IMG/VR virus record: IMGVR_UViG_3300030294_000015
Location: 30,153 to 94,152 of that record
From: a virus
Length of the DNA: 64,000 bases
Direction: 5' to 3' (one strand)
The position numbers and the translations under genes were made by a program. This document shows, piece after piece, positions 39,643-50,043 of the stretch. Numbering within the stretch: position 1 is the first letter of the stretch; every line of letters starts with the position of its first letter. The notes below the pieces were generated by a model. The model did no database searches, had not been told where the DNA came from, and saw nothing but the letters and a program-made list of their open reading frames with translations.

Positions 39643-40758
39643 ATGAAAAGTCCTGATAATATTAATAACAATGATGGTTACTTTGATTTTTCTATAAAAT
39701 TAAATAACTTTAAAGGTAAGCCTATGAAAATTGCTAATTTTCTAAATAAATTATTTAATGATAAAAATATAAATGCAGTAATATCTATGAAGAATACTAC
39801 AGAATATAAAGGTTGTAAAATAACACTTAAAAATATGGAAAGAGAATTTATGATAGACAAAGTAAGTATTCTTAATACAAAAACAATAAATTGGTATATG
39901 GTTTCTAAGTATGCTCAAATGACTGAGGGTTTTATGAGATTTGCTGAAGATAAACTAAAATGGGAATGGATTTGTTATAGAGTACTTAAAGGAGAATTAA
40001 AAGTATCTAAAAAATTTATGGATGATTATAAAGATACTTTTGATGACTTACAAGAAACTATAGATATTGATTATGAATCTCCAGAATTATATGAAGATGA
40101 AGATATGGATATCTGTGGTGACATGCATAATATGTCTATTAAGAATAAAAACAAAGATGATATACTACCTTATATGAATAATAATATACCTCCATTTTAT
40201 CCATTTTCAATACCAGGAGCATCTAGGTATCAAGATCAAAATATTACATATTCACTTCCACCTGATATACCAAGTACGGATAAAGAACAATTAGATTCAT
40301 TTTTAGAAAGTATATCAGAACAATATGGTATTCCTAAAGATGAAATAAAAGTTGATATGTACAATCTTACCACTGGACAATATTTTAATAATATAGATTT
40401 AAATAATATAAATAAAGAAGAAAAGAAAAAAGAATTGACTGACACTTATATTACATTGGATAACTATAAAGAACATTTAATAGATATTGATAATTATGAT
40501 TCTAATATGTGGAGTTGGGTGTCTAGAAAATGTTGGTTATCTCCAGAATTTGTACATAAGTTTAAAGAGAAAATATACTTAGCTGGATTAATGAATGATA
40601 ATCCGCATTTCGTAGAATTAATGAATTGTGATTGGTTCTTTGATAAATATATATCTGTATTTGAAGAAGTTAAAAGGATAAAGGATGTTATGAATAAAGG
40701 ATTAAAAGTGCCTAAAGTAACAAGTGATAATAGATTAATACCAGAAAATGAATTGTAA
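39643..40758 (+). CDS. Protein with tryptophan-repeat-like units
   Basis: INWYMVSKYAQMTEGFMRFAEDKLKW and WSWVSRKCWLSPEFVHKFKEKI. Confidence 0.6.
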   Translation: MKSPDNINNNDGYFDFSIKLNNFKGKPMKIANFLNKLFNDKNINAVISMKNTTEYKGCKITLKNMEREFMIDKVSILNTKTINWYMVSKYAQMTEGFMRFAEDKLKWEWICYRVLKGELKVSKKFMDDYKDTFDDLQETIDIDYESPELYEDEDMDICGDMHNMSIKNKNKDDILPYMNNNIPPFYPFSIPGASRYQDQNITYSLPPDIPSTDKEQLDSFLESISEQYGIPKDEIKVDMYNLTTGQYFNNIDLNNINKEEKKKELTDTYITLDNYKEHLIDIDNYDSNMWSWVSRKCWLSPEFVHKFKEKIYLAGLMNDNPHFVELMNCDWFFDKYISVFEEVKRIKDVMNKGLKVPKVTSDNRLIPENEL

Positions 40759-40831
40759 AATAAAAGAGGGTAATTCCTCTTTTATTTTTTATGTAAAACA
40801 TTTGAATAATATAAAAGGAGGAGATTTTATT

Positions 40832-42400
40832 ATGATAACAGGGAAATTAACTCTAGAGATTTTAGAAGAATCTAAAAATGATATTAATAGAGATAATGAT
40901 ACAACTTCAAAAGATGATGGTGTAAGTATATTCTCATATATAGAAGATATTCCATATTATGATGCTGGAAAATTAATTGATATGGGGGTTTATAATGCTT
41001 TAATTACCAGCAATTTCTTTGATGTCTTGCCAGATAATTTAGTTATAGGAGAAAATATTAATACAAATAAATGGTTTAAGGAATATAAATTATTATGTAA
41101 TGGCATAGTCACTCAGGAGTATTTAGATATGTCTAAAGAAAGATTAAGAAAATTACAAGAATTATATTCAGATTATAAACAAATAAAAGAATCTGGAGAT
41201 ATAAAATTAATTAATTCTAGAAAACAATCTATATTAGAATTAGGACATAATCCAGAAATACCATTTAATTTGAAAACAAGATTAAAAATAAATCAAATGA
41301 GAAGATTTGAATTGGAATCTAAACTGTTTAATTATGAATTAATTAATATGGAGAATGAAAATGTATCTATAACAGAATCTAGTGTCAAAGATGATATTAA
41401 GGAAGCTGTATACATTGTATTATCATATACTGGGACAGGCTTTGGTAAGATAATAACTAAATTAACAGAATCTAAGTATTCTCATGTAGGTATATCATTT
41501 AAAAGTGATTTATCAACTATTTATTCTTTTCAAGCTACCGTAAATGGATTTATAACAGAGTCTATTGATAAATTTTTAAAAGAGAATGATAAATCAGTGA
41601 TAGGGGTTTATGGTATAGTATTACCTAAGTTTAAAGTAGATAAAATGAAGTCAAAAGTAGAAGAAATAAAATCTAAAGATTATAGTTATGGATTCTTTAA
41701 TGCTATAACAGCTTTTTTAAATAGACCTATAAAACCAAATAATGCTATGATTTGTTCTCAATTCGTAGATACAATATTAAAGTCATCTAAGACTACAATA
41801 TTAAGAAAAGATAGTTCTACTGTTATACCAAAAGACTTTGATAAATCTAAGAGTAAAAGATTGATTAAATTATATGAGGGGTTGATTAAAGATTTTAACC
41901 CTAGTAATATAATTAAATTAATGAGCCAATATTTAGATAAAAATCCTATTAAAGAATCTGTAATGTTAGAAGTAAAAGAATTTCCTGCTGGGTTTGATGA
42001 TGATGGTAATTTATTAATACAGAATATGAAAAAAATAAACTATGATCTAGAATATTCTAAATGCCATAAGTTATTAAAGAACTATGAAAAGACAGATAAC
42101 TATTATCCTATGGCTTATGAATTATGTAAACTTTGGTATATGAATAGTTTATTGGAGGAGAAGATTTATAATCCTAAAATAGATCTTGAAGAAAAGAAAC
42201 AATTATTTACTATAAGATCTAAGATACTTAATGACTTTAATAGATATTTACCTATATTATGTGAACATGAAAAAGGATTTAATTTTACTAAGTATTATAA
42301 CGATACACCTTTTTCAGATGCTGTATATAAAATAAATCATAGTACAATAAAATATAGTATTGATTTATTAAAAAATATTAGATTATTAATGATTCCATAA
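40832..42400 (+). CDS. Virion protein with inserted permuted papain-like (YiiX/YebB, NlpC/P60) domain
   Basis: YSHVGIS (His) precedes MICSQFV (Cys); domain bounded by ITES and IKES/MLE sites; late promoter 40797-40808; RBS favours ATG 40832. Confidence 0.75.
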   Translation: MITGKLTLEILEESKNDINRDNDTTSKDDGVSIFSYIEDIPYYDAGKLIDMGVYNALITSNFFDVLPDNLVIGENINTNKWFKEYKLLCNGIVTQEYLDMSKERLRKLQELYSDYKQIKESGDIKLINSRKQSILELGHNPEIPFNLKTRLKINQMRRFELESKLFNYELINMENENVSITESSVKDDIKEAVYIVLSYTGTGFGKIITKLTESKYSHVGISFKSDLSTIYSFQATVNGFITESIDKFLKENDKSVIGVYGIVLPKFKVDKMKSKVEEIKSKDYSYGFFNAITAFLNRPIKPNNAMICSQFVDTILKSSKTTILRKDSSTVIPKDFDKSKSKRLIKLYEGLIKDFNPSNIIKLMSQYLDKNPIKESVMLEVKEFPAGFDDDGNLLIQNMKKINYDLEYSKCHKLLKNYEKTDNYYPMAYELCKLWYMNSLLEEKIYNPKIDLEEKKQLFTIRSKILNDFNRYLPILCEHEKGFNFTKYYNDTPFSDAVYKINHSTIKYSIDLLKNIRLLMIP

Positions 42401-42559
42401 CATATTAATGACATTTTTTGCTACCTCATTTTAATATACCTAATTAATGTAATGTAGGTTGGAATTAACCAACCTACATTTTATGTAAAAATAGAATATT
42501 ATAATTGTATATTATAATTATGAATAAATACAATAATATTATTAGAGGGGTGTATTAAA

Positions 42560-43099
42560 ATGAATAAATTAGGTTTAATAAAAAGAGAAAGATTAGGAGC
42601 AATAAGAGAGTATGATAATTCAGATGGTATTAAGAGATTGAGTAGAGAAAATCAATATAAAATATTAGATATTATATTTACTAAATTTACAAGTACATGT
42701 GATATTGAAGATGGTAGAATTGCTAATTTCGAGTTTACAGATGATAATTTTATAGCAGATATTAGTTATGATACTAGTTTGGTTAATGATAATAATATAT
42801 CTTTTATTAAGACATTGATTACTCTAAATAATAACATACTCAAAATACCAATATTAGATAAATTATATAATGAAAATAAAATTAAAGATTACATAATAAA
42901 TACACAAGGACAGTCGTTGTATATTATGTTTAATACAAAAGAAACATTAGTGGCAGAATGTAAATTATATGATGAATATATAACTTACATTATATACAAT
43001 GAGAATGAACCTATACTAGATATAAGTCTAAATAGAAATATAAATCAAAACATGGTAAATTATATAAAAGATATATTATTGAAAATAATTGAATTGTAA
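42560..43099 (+). CDS. Hypothetical early protein
   Basis: Early promoter 42503-42522, RBS. Confidence 0.8.
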   Translation: MNKLGLIKRERLGAIREYDNSDGIKRLSRENQYKILDIIFTKFTSTCDIEDGRIANFEFTDDNFIADISYDTSLVNDNNISFIKTLITLNNNILKIPILDKLYNENKIKDYIINTQGQSLYIMFNTKETLVAECKLYDEYITYIIYNENEPILDISLNRNINQNMVNYIKDILLKIIEL

Positions 43100-43144
43100 T
43101 AAATTGGGTTAATTCAATTTAATTTTTAAAAGGAGTTGTTATTT

Positions 43145-43801
43145 ATGGGTTTTATAGATATTGTATGTGTTAAATTTAGTGATGGAAAAATAATGTTTGC
43201 TGGAATGTATTATAATGAATATGAGTTTTTATCATCATTGTATGATAATATTAGAGATTATAATGAATATGTTAATAATTCTATATCAGATAGATTTCAT
43301 TCAAAAAGAAAAGGAAAAATAAATTTTGAAGTAGCTGAAATGTATTCTGATAGGTTAGGATACCGTAAAATAAAAGCTTGTAGAAATACGAATACAATTA
43401 AACAAGAATTTTCTAAAGTTATCAAAAAGGATGGAATGTTAATTGTTCAACATCCAGAACCTAGATTTATTGAATATTTAGAAGGGATACCAGAATGGTA
43501 TGTTAAAATAGAAAAGAAAATAGATTCAGTAATAAACGAAGAATTCTATACAGATCAAAGATATTGGGAAATAAAACGTAATGAATTTCAAAAAGAACAA
43601 GAAATAAATATGAAGCAAATAAAAATATCATCAATAAATAAAGAAGAAAAAGAAAAGAAAAAAATAAAAGATAAAAAAGACTACGAAAAATATTTAAAAC
43701 ACAAAGAGTATATAGATAGAAATATTAAAATAGAAGATGATTATGATGTATCATCAGAAGCATATGCGGAATTAAGATTTTTGTGTGAGTGGTTTAGATA
43801 A
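43145..43801 (+). CDS. Hypothetical protein
   Basis: ORF with RBS aaggag. Confidence 0.75.
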   Translation: MGFIDIVCVKFSDGKIMFAGMYYNEYEFLSSLYDNIRDYNEYVNNSISDRFHSKRKGKINFEVAEMYSDRLGYRKIKACRNTNTIKQEFSKVIKKDGMLIVQHPEPRFIEYLEGIPEWYVKIEKKIDSVINEEFYTDQRYWEIKRNEFQKEQEINMKQIKISSINKEEKEKKKIKDKKDYEKYLKHKEYIDRNIKIEDDYDVSSEAYAELRFLCEWFR

Positions 43802-43843
43802 ACTTTTATTATTGTTAAAAACAAATAATTAAATAAATAGGAG

Positions 43844-44308
43844 ATGATTAAAATGATGATGGTAAAAACAATTGAAGTTAATATAGGGTTAATCAATTAT
43901 GCTAATGATTGGAATTTTCAAAATCTCTATAATAATATGATAAAAATATCACCAAAAGATTTTAATAATATTAGAGCACATTTTATTATAAATAAATACA
44001 ATAATATTAAAGAAATTGTAAAGAAAGAAGCTATGTATATACTACGCATCTTTTCTAATATACATAATTTAAGAAAAATAAATAACGAGGAATTCTTTAA
44101 AACTCTAATCATTAGTGACGATACATTAATATTCACAACAGAGAATACTATATTTACATATATATATAAAGAAACTAATATGGAAATATTAGTTTTGGAT
44201 AAAAATGAAGATCTTGTGTTTAATATATATTTCCATACCAATGATATGAATACAAATGAATATGATATTGTGTATGAAACTACTAAAGAAATATTACATC
44301 AACTATAA
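43844..44308 (+). CDS. Hypothetical protein
   Basis: 154-aa ORF followed by a terminator. Confidence 0.75.
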   Translation: MIKMMMVKTIEVNIGLINYANDWNFQNLYNNMIKISPKDFNNIRAHFIINKYNNIKEIVKKEAMYILRIFSNIHNLRKINNEEFFKTLIISDDTLIFTTENTIFTYIYKETNMEILVLDKNEDLVFNIYFHTNDMNTNEYDIVYETTKEILHQL

Positions 44309-44408
44309 TAAAAGGGTTTAAAACACCCCTTTTATTCTTTATAAATTTTAATATAATTATATATTATATTAATGTAAACAGAATAATAGAAATGAGGAGG
44401 AAATTAAA

Positions 44409-44645
44409 ATGAATAATTGTGGAGAAATAAATAAAGGTAGATGTCAATGTTGTGGAAAAGAAAATGTTAATTTAACACGTAAATATTTTCACTATAAATT
44501 ACCTAATGATTTAAAGTGTGAATGTTGTGGGACATCTGATAATACTCATTTTGTAATAGTAGAACATTGTAAAGATTGTGTACCTAAAGAACCAGAAGAA
44601 GTCAAAGTTGTATTATCAACTAAATTTTTAGAAATGACTAGATAA
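44409..44645 (+). CDS. Small Zn-ribbon-like protein
   Basis: CQCC, CECC, HCKDC; early promoter 44355-44374. Confidence 0.75.
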   Translation: MNNCGEINKGRCQCCGKENVNLTRKYFHYKLPNDLKCECCGTSDNTHFVIVEHCKDCVPKEPEEVKVVLSTKFLEMTR

Positions 44646-44679
44646 AAATAAATTGTATATAAATGAGGAGGAAATTAAA

Positions 44680-45444
44680 ATGAGCATTTTGTCAGATAAA
44701 GAAATAATTAATGCTGTGAAAAGAGGGGATATTTATATTGATAACTTTAATCCAGAAAGGATTTATAAAGATAATAGTTATACTGGAAAATTAGGTCCGA
44801 ATAGTTATGATTTAACTTTAAATGAAAAGTTATTAGTTTATACAGAACTTCCATTAGATATGAAAAATAATAATCCTACTAAAGAAATTATAATACCACC
44901 AGAAGGGCTAGTACTTCAACCAGGAGTTTTATATTTAGGAAAGACAAACGAATATACGAAAACTAATAAATATGTACCTTTCTTAGAAGGGCGTTCATCT
45001 ACTGGTAGATTAGGTATGTATGTGTTCGTTACAGCTGGTGCGGGTGATGTAGGCTACCATGGAAATTGGACATTAGAAATAGTGGTAACTCAACCATTAA
45101 GAATTTATGCTAATACATCTGTATGTCAAATTATATATCATACAGTAGAAGGCGAAGTTAAGAATACATATAAAGGTAAATATTTTGGTGCCACTGATAT
45201 ATTACCTACCATGATGTATAAAGATGAAATATTTAATAAAGAAGAAAAGAAAGAGGGATTGTTTGATTGCTTATATACTCAAGGTGCTAAATATTTAAAA
45301 GATATTGAAGAAGAAAGAACTAAAGAAAAAATAAAAGATGAAGGTTCTTTATATAAAAATGATACACAAGGTAGTATATATTTAAAAGATATTAGGGATT
45401 ATGTTCAAGATGCTTCTTTATTTTATATAAAGATGAAGTTATAA
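44680..45444 (+). CDS. dcd: dCTP deaminase with C-terminal repeat extension
   Basis: MSILSDKEI, PNSYDLTL, LEGRSSTGRLG, AGAGDVGYHGNWTLEI, CQIIY. Confidence 0.92.
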   Translation: MSILSDKEIINAVKRGDIYIDNFNPERIYKDNSYTGKLGPNSYDLTLNEKLLVYTELPLDMKNNNPTKEIIIPPEGLVLQPGVLYLGKTNEYTKTNKYVPFLEGRSSTGRLGMYVFVTAGAGDVGYHGNWTLEIVVTQPLRIYANTSVCQIIYHTVEGEVKNTYKGKYFGATDILPTMMYKDEIFNKEEKKEGLFDCLYTQGAKYLKDIEEERTKEKIKDEGSLYKNDTQGSIYLKDIRDYVQDASLFYIKMKL

Positions 45445-45545
45445 AAGAATGGGGGTTATTTAAATACCCACATAATTTTAGACGATTAAAGGATGTTCAA
45501 GAATCTACTAATAAGGAAAAACAAAGATATTGTAGAAAAGAACCT

Positions 45546-46304
45546 ATGAGTTCATTTCATCCTATATCTAATGAAGAATTACAAAAAATAAGGGGTATAG
45601 ATTCATCTATTATATCTATTATAAATAATGAAAAATTGAATCATCTATTATTTCCTATAAGTAAAGATAATTTAAAAGATGCTCAAGAATCTTGTTTAAA
45701 GGAAATGAAAGAAAAATTAGCTAAATCTCTTACACCATTTAAACCTTATGTACATAAATTTGAGAATAATTCTAAGGTAGACTATGATGAGAGTGAGGAG
45801 TCTGAGATTAATAATCATTTATATCATATAGAAAATACTTGTAATTATATACAAGAAAAGAAAGAAAAACTTACAAAGGCAAAATATTTCATAACTTTTA
45901 AATTGAAATCTGTAATAGAAGAATATTCTAAATATTATGATGAAAATTATGATTGTTTATTAAAATGTATGAATAATATAAATATCAAATTAATAGATAA
46001 CAATGTATATTTTTCATATTGTGGTAAGTTATACGAGTGTTTTAAATTGTATGATGATATTATAAATGATATAAAAGAAAAAATATCAAAACAATTATTA
46101 TCTAAATTTAAACCAATAATAATTCATTTTACACCACGAATTCCTTATGTAGAAGATATATTTGGGGAAATACAAACTTTATCTGAAGATGATTTTGAAA
46201 TCTTGGAGGTATTGATAAATAGAAGTAATAAATTTATTGTAAAATTTAATGGTGATAAATTTATACCTTTAGAAAATATTAAAGAAATAAAAAGAGGTGA
46301 ATAA
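45546..46304 (+). CDS. Hypothetical protein; frame is open from 45396 and is probably the frameshifted continuation of dcd
   Basis: No RBS at ATG 45546; upstream in-frame YKDEVIKEWGLF echoes dcd tail YKDEIF..EGLF. Confidence 0.6.
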   Translation: MSSFHPISNEELQKIRGIDSSIISIINNEKLNHLLFPISKDNLKDAQESCLKEMKEKLAKSLTPFKPYVHKFENNSKVDYDESEESEINNHLYHIENTCNYIQEKKEKLTKAKYFITFKLKSVIEEYSKYYDENYDCLLKCMNNINIKLIDNNVYFSYCGKLYECFKLYDDIINDIKEKISKQLLSKFKPIIIHFTPRIPYVEDIFGEIQTLSEDDFEILEVLINRSNKFIVKFNGDKFIPLENIKEIKRGE

Positions 46305-46809
46305 TATGGATAAAATAAATGCAGAATCTATATCATCTAATTGTATAAAATTAGGTACTAAATTATATCATATTGTAAAAGATAATGTGATAGAAGTTAC
46401 AGTAAAAAGAATAGACTCGAATGAATATGGTATATATGTATATGCTGAAAATGATAAAGGTATACAATATAGATTTATTCTAATTAATTTTAGTATTGGA
46501 TAAACTCATTTTGGTAAAGAGGTATTTCTTAGTTTAAAAGATTATGAAGATTGGAAAGAAAATAGAATAAATCCAGAAGAATTAAGAGAACAATTAGCTA
46601 ATTATGCTCATGTAACTTGGAGTGATTGGATGAGATATGTGTTTTCAAAATCAGAAAGAAATATATATGGTACAATTACAATACCAAAGTCAGATGTGAA
46701 TAGATGGGAAAGACAAATGAATACTAACTATGATGATTTATTAGATGAAAAAAAAGAATCAGATAGAAAAGAAGCTGATGATATAATAGAAATTATAAAT
46801 GAAATGTAA
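46297..46809 (+). pseudogene. Gene with in-frame TAA at 46501; C-terminal RyR-repeat-like domain
   Basis: Frame stays open for 101 codons after the stop: LREQLANYAHVTWSDWM...RWERQMNTNYDDLLDEKKESDR. Confidence 0.7.
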
Positions 46810-46857
46810 TATATAAGTAGGATTAATTTCCTACTTTAATTTTAAGGAGGAATTATT

Positions 46858-47592
46858 ATGTTTAAAAATTTACCAGAGATATACAAAGGAAAAGTAATAC
46901 CAAGGAATTTTGGACATATTGGACATTTAACAGGAAGTAAAATGATTGATAATCACGATATATTATTAAGTGAGAAAAATCAATATCAATTTACCACTTC
47001 TTTACGTAATAAAAATGATATAGTTATAATTACTGAAAAAATAGATGGAATGAATGCTGGAGTAGTTAAGAAAAATGGATTAATTTATCCTATAAATAGA
47101 AAAGGATATGATGTTCGTCAGTCTATGTTAATCAATGAAGAATTATATTTATTGATGTCAGAATGGGCTAAATATGTAGATGACAATTATATGTTATTTG
47201 ATTCTATTTTAGAAGAATGTGAACATATGGCATTTGAAAATGCCATAATCCAACATACTTTAAGATATAAATTTAAAACTAAGCCTGTATTTTTATTAGC
47301 TAAATTTGATTCTAAAAATAAAAAAATTAATTATAATTCATTATCAGAATTATCAAATAAATATGGATTCGTAATGCCTCCATTACTAAATATAGGTATA
47401 GCAGTACCACCAGATTTAATATTAAAACAATATCCAGTAGGTAAAGCAGGTATAGATGATAAGATTATGGAAGGTATTGTATATAGTTATGAACACGAAG
47501 GTGAACATGAATCCTGTGCTAAATTTGTTGCTAATCCTATAATGGGAACTATTAATACAAGTTTAAAGTATTATAATAAATGTATTTGGTAA
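46858..47592 (+). CDS. ATP-dependent RNA ligase-family nucleotidyltransferase
   Basis: Motif I TEKIDGMN, motif IV EGIVY, motif V AKFV. Confidence 0.85.
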   Translation: MFKNLPEIYKGKVIPRNFGHIGHLTGSKMIDNHDILLSEKNQYQFTTSLRNKNDIVIITEKIDGMNAGVVKKNGLIYPINRKGYDVRQSMLINEELYLLMSEWAKYVDDNYMLFDSILEECEHMAFENAIIQHTLRYKFKTKPVFLLAKFDSKNKKINYNSLSELSNKYGFVMPPLLNIGIAVPPDLILKQYPVGKAGIDDKIMEGIVYSYEHEGEHESCAKFVANPIMGTINTSLKYYNKCIW

Positions 47593-47647
47593 TGGTTTTT
47601 TACTATATCATAAACATAGTATTGTATAAATTTAAAGGGGTGATTAA

Positions 47648-47833
47648 ATGAATGTATTTAACGTTAAACAAAAAGAAAGTAACGATAATATACAATTAGA
47701 AATAATTCATAATAATATTTCTAATTATATTGATTTTGAATTTGATATAAATCAAATAATAATAGATGAATTTTCAAATCTAAATCATTACAAAGAAATA
47801 TATAATTTTCCATTTAAAGATATTATTTCATAG
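47648..47833 (+). CDS. Small hypothetical protein
   Basis: RBS aagggg, 61 aa. Confidence 0.55.
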   Translation: MNVFNVKQKESNDNIQLEIIHNNISNYIDFEFDINQIIIDEFSNLNHYKEIYNFPFKDIIS

Positions 47834-47879
47834 AAGTTCATAAACATGAGATAATAGAAAAGTCAGGGGGATTTAAATA

Positions 47880-48845
47880 ATGAATATGGAAATTTATAAC
47901 GGTGATAGATTCTATTATAAACATTCTTTGAATAATAATTTGAATCTAAGAGTTGTAAGAATTAAGAATGAGAATACTTTTAATTGTAAAAGAAATGATG
48001 GACAACTTATAAAAATATCTAAACAAGAATTATTAGATAATTATATAAGAATAACTCCTCATGGAAGTCTTTTTATATCCATTGTAGATATGGGAGACAA
48101 ACTACAAGATGTTGTGTTATCTATATTTAGAATGTCTGATGTTAAAGAAAAAACTACAGCTGAACCTTGGTGTGTGTGTAGACAACATATATCAGATATC
48201 TTTAGTGAGACAATGAATCAAAATCCGTATTTGAAATTTTCTGGGGTTTCAATATCTCAAAATACAATCATGAAAGGTCATGATTTTAAAGAAGTATTGG
48301 CTTGTAATGGAATTGTAGAAAATAAAAAATATAGTATTTATCTAGATGATAGTATAGAAGATTTATTATTTCTAATAGATAAGAAATATCTATCTAGAAT
48401 GGATAATGTGTTAGAAAATTTAGATAATAAAATGAATGACGATTTTCATGAAGGTTATGTAAAATCATTAAAAGAACTATTAGAAAAGAATGATTTCATG
48501 TATGATTTTTTAGAAGGATTTGGAATACAAAGAGTTTCATTTCCTATTATGGAACCAGAGGGAACAGAACTTCAACCATTACATAGATATGAAATAGAAA
48601 AAATAACTTCATGTGAAATGCTTAAAACATATGTTATACCATTTAATTATTCTATAAATATGAATGAAGTAAAAAGATCATATCAATTAGTATGTGATAT
48701 TAACAATAATATATTTATTATTGCATATGACAAAGGTAAATATATGACAGAGTCATTAAAAGAGTCAATTAAGAGAAATAATGATGTATATATGAATCTA
48801 AAAGATATTGTAGCTAATAATAAAATATTACAAAGTAAACAATAA
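47880..48845 (+). CDS. Hypothetical protein
   Basis: 321-aa ORF with RBS. Confidence 0.85.
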   Translation: MNMEIYNGDRFYYKHSLNNNLNLRVVRIKNENTFNCKRNDGQLIKISKQELLDNYIRITPHGSLFISIVDMGDKLQDVVLSIFRMSDVKEKTTAEPWCVCRQHISDIFSETMNQNPYLKFSGVSISQNTIMKGHDFKEVLACNGIVENKKYSIYLDDSIEDLLFLIDKKYLSRMDNVLENLDNKMNDDFHEGYVKSLKELLEKNDFMYDFLEGFGIQRVSFPIMEPEGTELQPLHRYEIEKITSCEMLKTYVIPFNYSINMNEVKRSYQLVCDINNNIFIIAYDKGKYMTESLKESIKRNNDVYMNLKDIVANNKILQSKQ

Positions 48846-48941
48846 TATAATTATATATTATATAATTGAATAAAATAAATATATTATGATTAAATCATAT
48901 TAGTTTATAATATGATTTAAGACTAAGAGGAGGATTTTAAA

Positions 48942-49805
48942 ATGGAAAATTTTAATCAACTAGAACAAATGGACAGTGCAAAAAGTAGAATCGAGGCTTA
49001 TCAAAATCAAAAGATGGGTTTTGTAAAACCAGATGGACAAGCAGAAACAACAGATGAAAAGGACAATATCATTATCACTTTTGAAAAAGAAGAATTTGTA
49101 GGAGCACATCAAACTAGTGTAACAACAGCTAATCTATTAGCTAAGAACATTGCTAACAAAATGTCAAAAGTATTTAGTGACCTTGCAGGGGCAATTATAG
49201 TTCCAGGAATTCACGGACAACCAGAGTTAGTATTTTATTTTAGAGATGTACCTGCTAGAGAGGGTATTCCAAAAGCATTAGTACAAATAAAAGACAAGTT
49301 AAGAAATAACAATAATAGCAACTATTCTGAATCTGCTCAAGCATTACAATCAATGACTTCTATTTACAAAACTAATAAAGTATATGATTTGAATGACGAT
49401 GCTAAGAAAGCTTTATCAAGATTTATGCTTAAAGATGCTAATAGAAATATCAATTGGGGACAAAGAATTACAGAACAAGGATCTAATGGATATAATGGTG
49501 GAGGAGAAATATTAGTAAAAGTTTCTGGATTAAACTTAATAGAATTCATCAAAGCTATTTATGGATATAAATATAAAACAACTGTAAATGGTAGTGAAGT
49601 AGTAAACTATTATGATTATACTATTAATCTTATATCTCCAGTAAATGCTGCTTATAATATCTATAATAATAGAACTAATACTCCATTGGTAGATTATGCT
49701 ATTACTATAAGTGCTATAGATAGAACAGAATTACAAAAGGTTGCACAAATATTTGGTCAACCTACTGCTATTGGTGCAGTTGCAATGTGTATACCAGAAA
49801 TGTAG
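48942..49805 (+). CDS. Hypothetical early protein
   Basis: Early promoter 48849-48868, strong RBS, own terminator. Confidence 0.85.
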   Translation: MENFNQLEQMDSAKSRIEAYQNQKMGFVKPDGQAETTDEKDNIIITFEKEEFVGAHQTSVTTANLLAKNIANKMSKVFSDLAGAIIVPGIHGQPELVFYFRDVPAREGIPKALVQIKDKLRNNNNSNYSESAQALQSMTSIYKTNKVYDLNDDAKKALSRFMLKDANRNINWGQRITEQGSNGYNGGGEILVKVSGLNLIEFIKAIYGYKYKTTVNGSEVVNYYDYTINLISPVNAAYNIYNNRTNTPLVDYAITISAIDRTELQKVAQIFGQPTAIGAVAMCIPEM

Positions 49806-49874
49806 TTATTAAATAAATAAGAGGGGTTTGATTCTCCTCTTATTTTTTACATCAAAATATAAGGAGGAAAATAA

Positions 49875-50042
49875 ATGGAAATGGATTTGAGAATGTTTAT
49901 AGAAGCGATATTACAAAAAGGTAGAGAATATATTACACTAAGTGGAGTTGGTGTTGTAGATGAAAAGGGTAATAGTATAACAGGTATACAATTTGATATT
50001 GATAAAAATAATAGAATAATATTAAAAACAGGAGGAAAATAA
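49875..50042 (+). CDS. Small hypothetical protein (55 aa)
   Basis: RBS aaggagg; MEMDLRMFIEAILQKGREYITLSGVG... Confidence 0.65.
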   Translation: MEMDLRMFIEAILQKGREYITLSGVGVVDEKGNSITGIQFDIDKNNRIILKTGGK

Positions 50043-50043
50043 T

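Noticed and set aside
40748-40831. Extended N-terminus of ORF 40748..42400
   Set aside because: Spans a terminator and the late promoter; the RBS points to ATG 40832
46297-46809. Genome-wide stop codon reassignment
   Set aside because: TAA, TAG and TGA all end intact genes and code 11 gives dense long ORFs; only one in-frame stop was found
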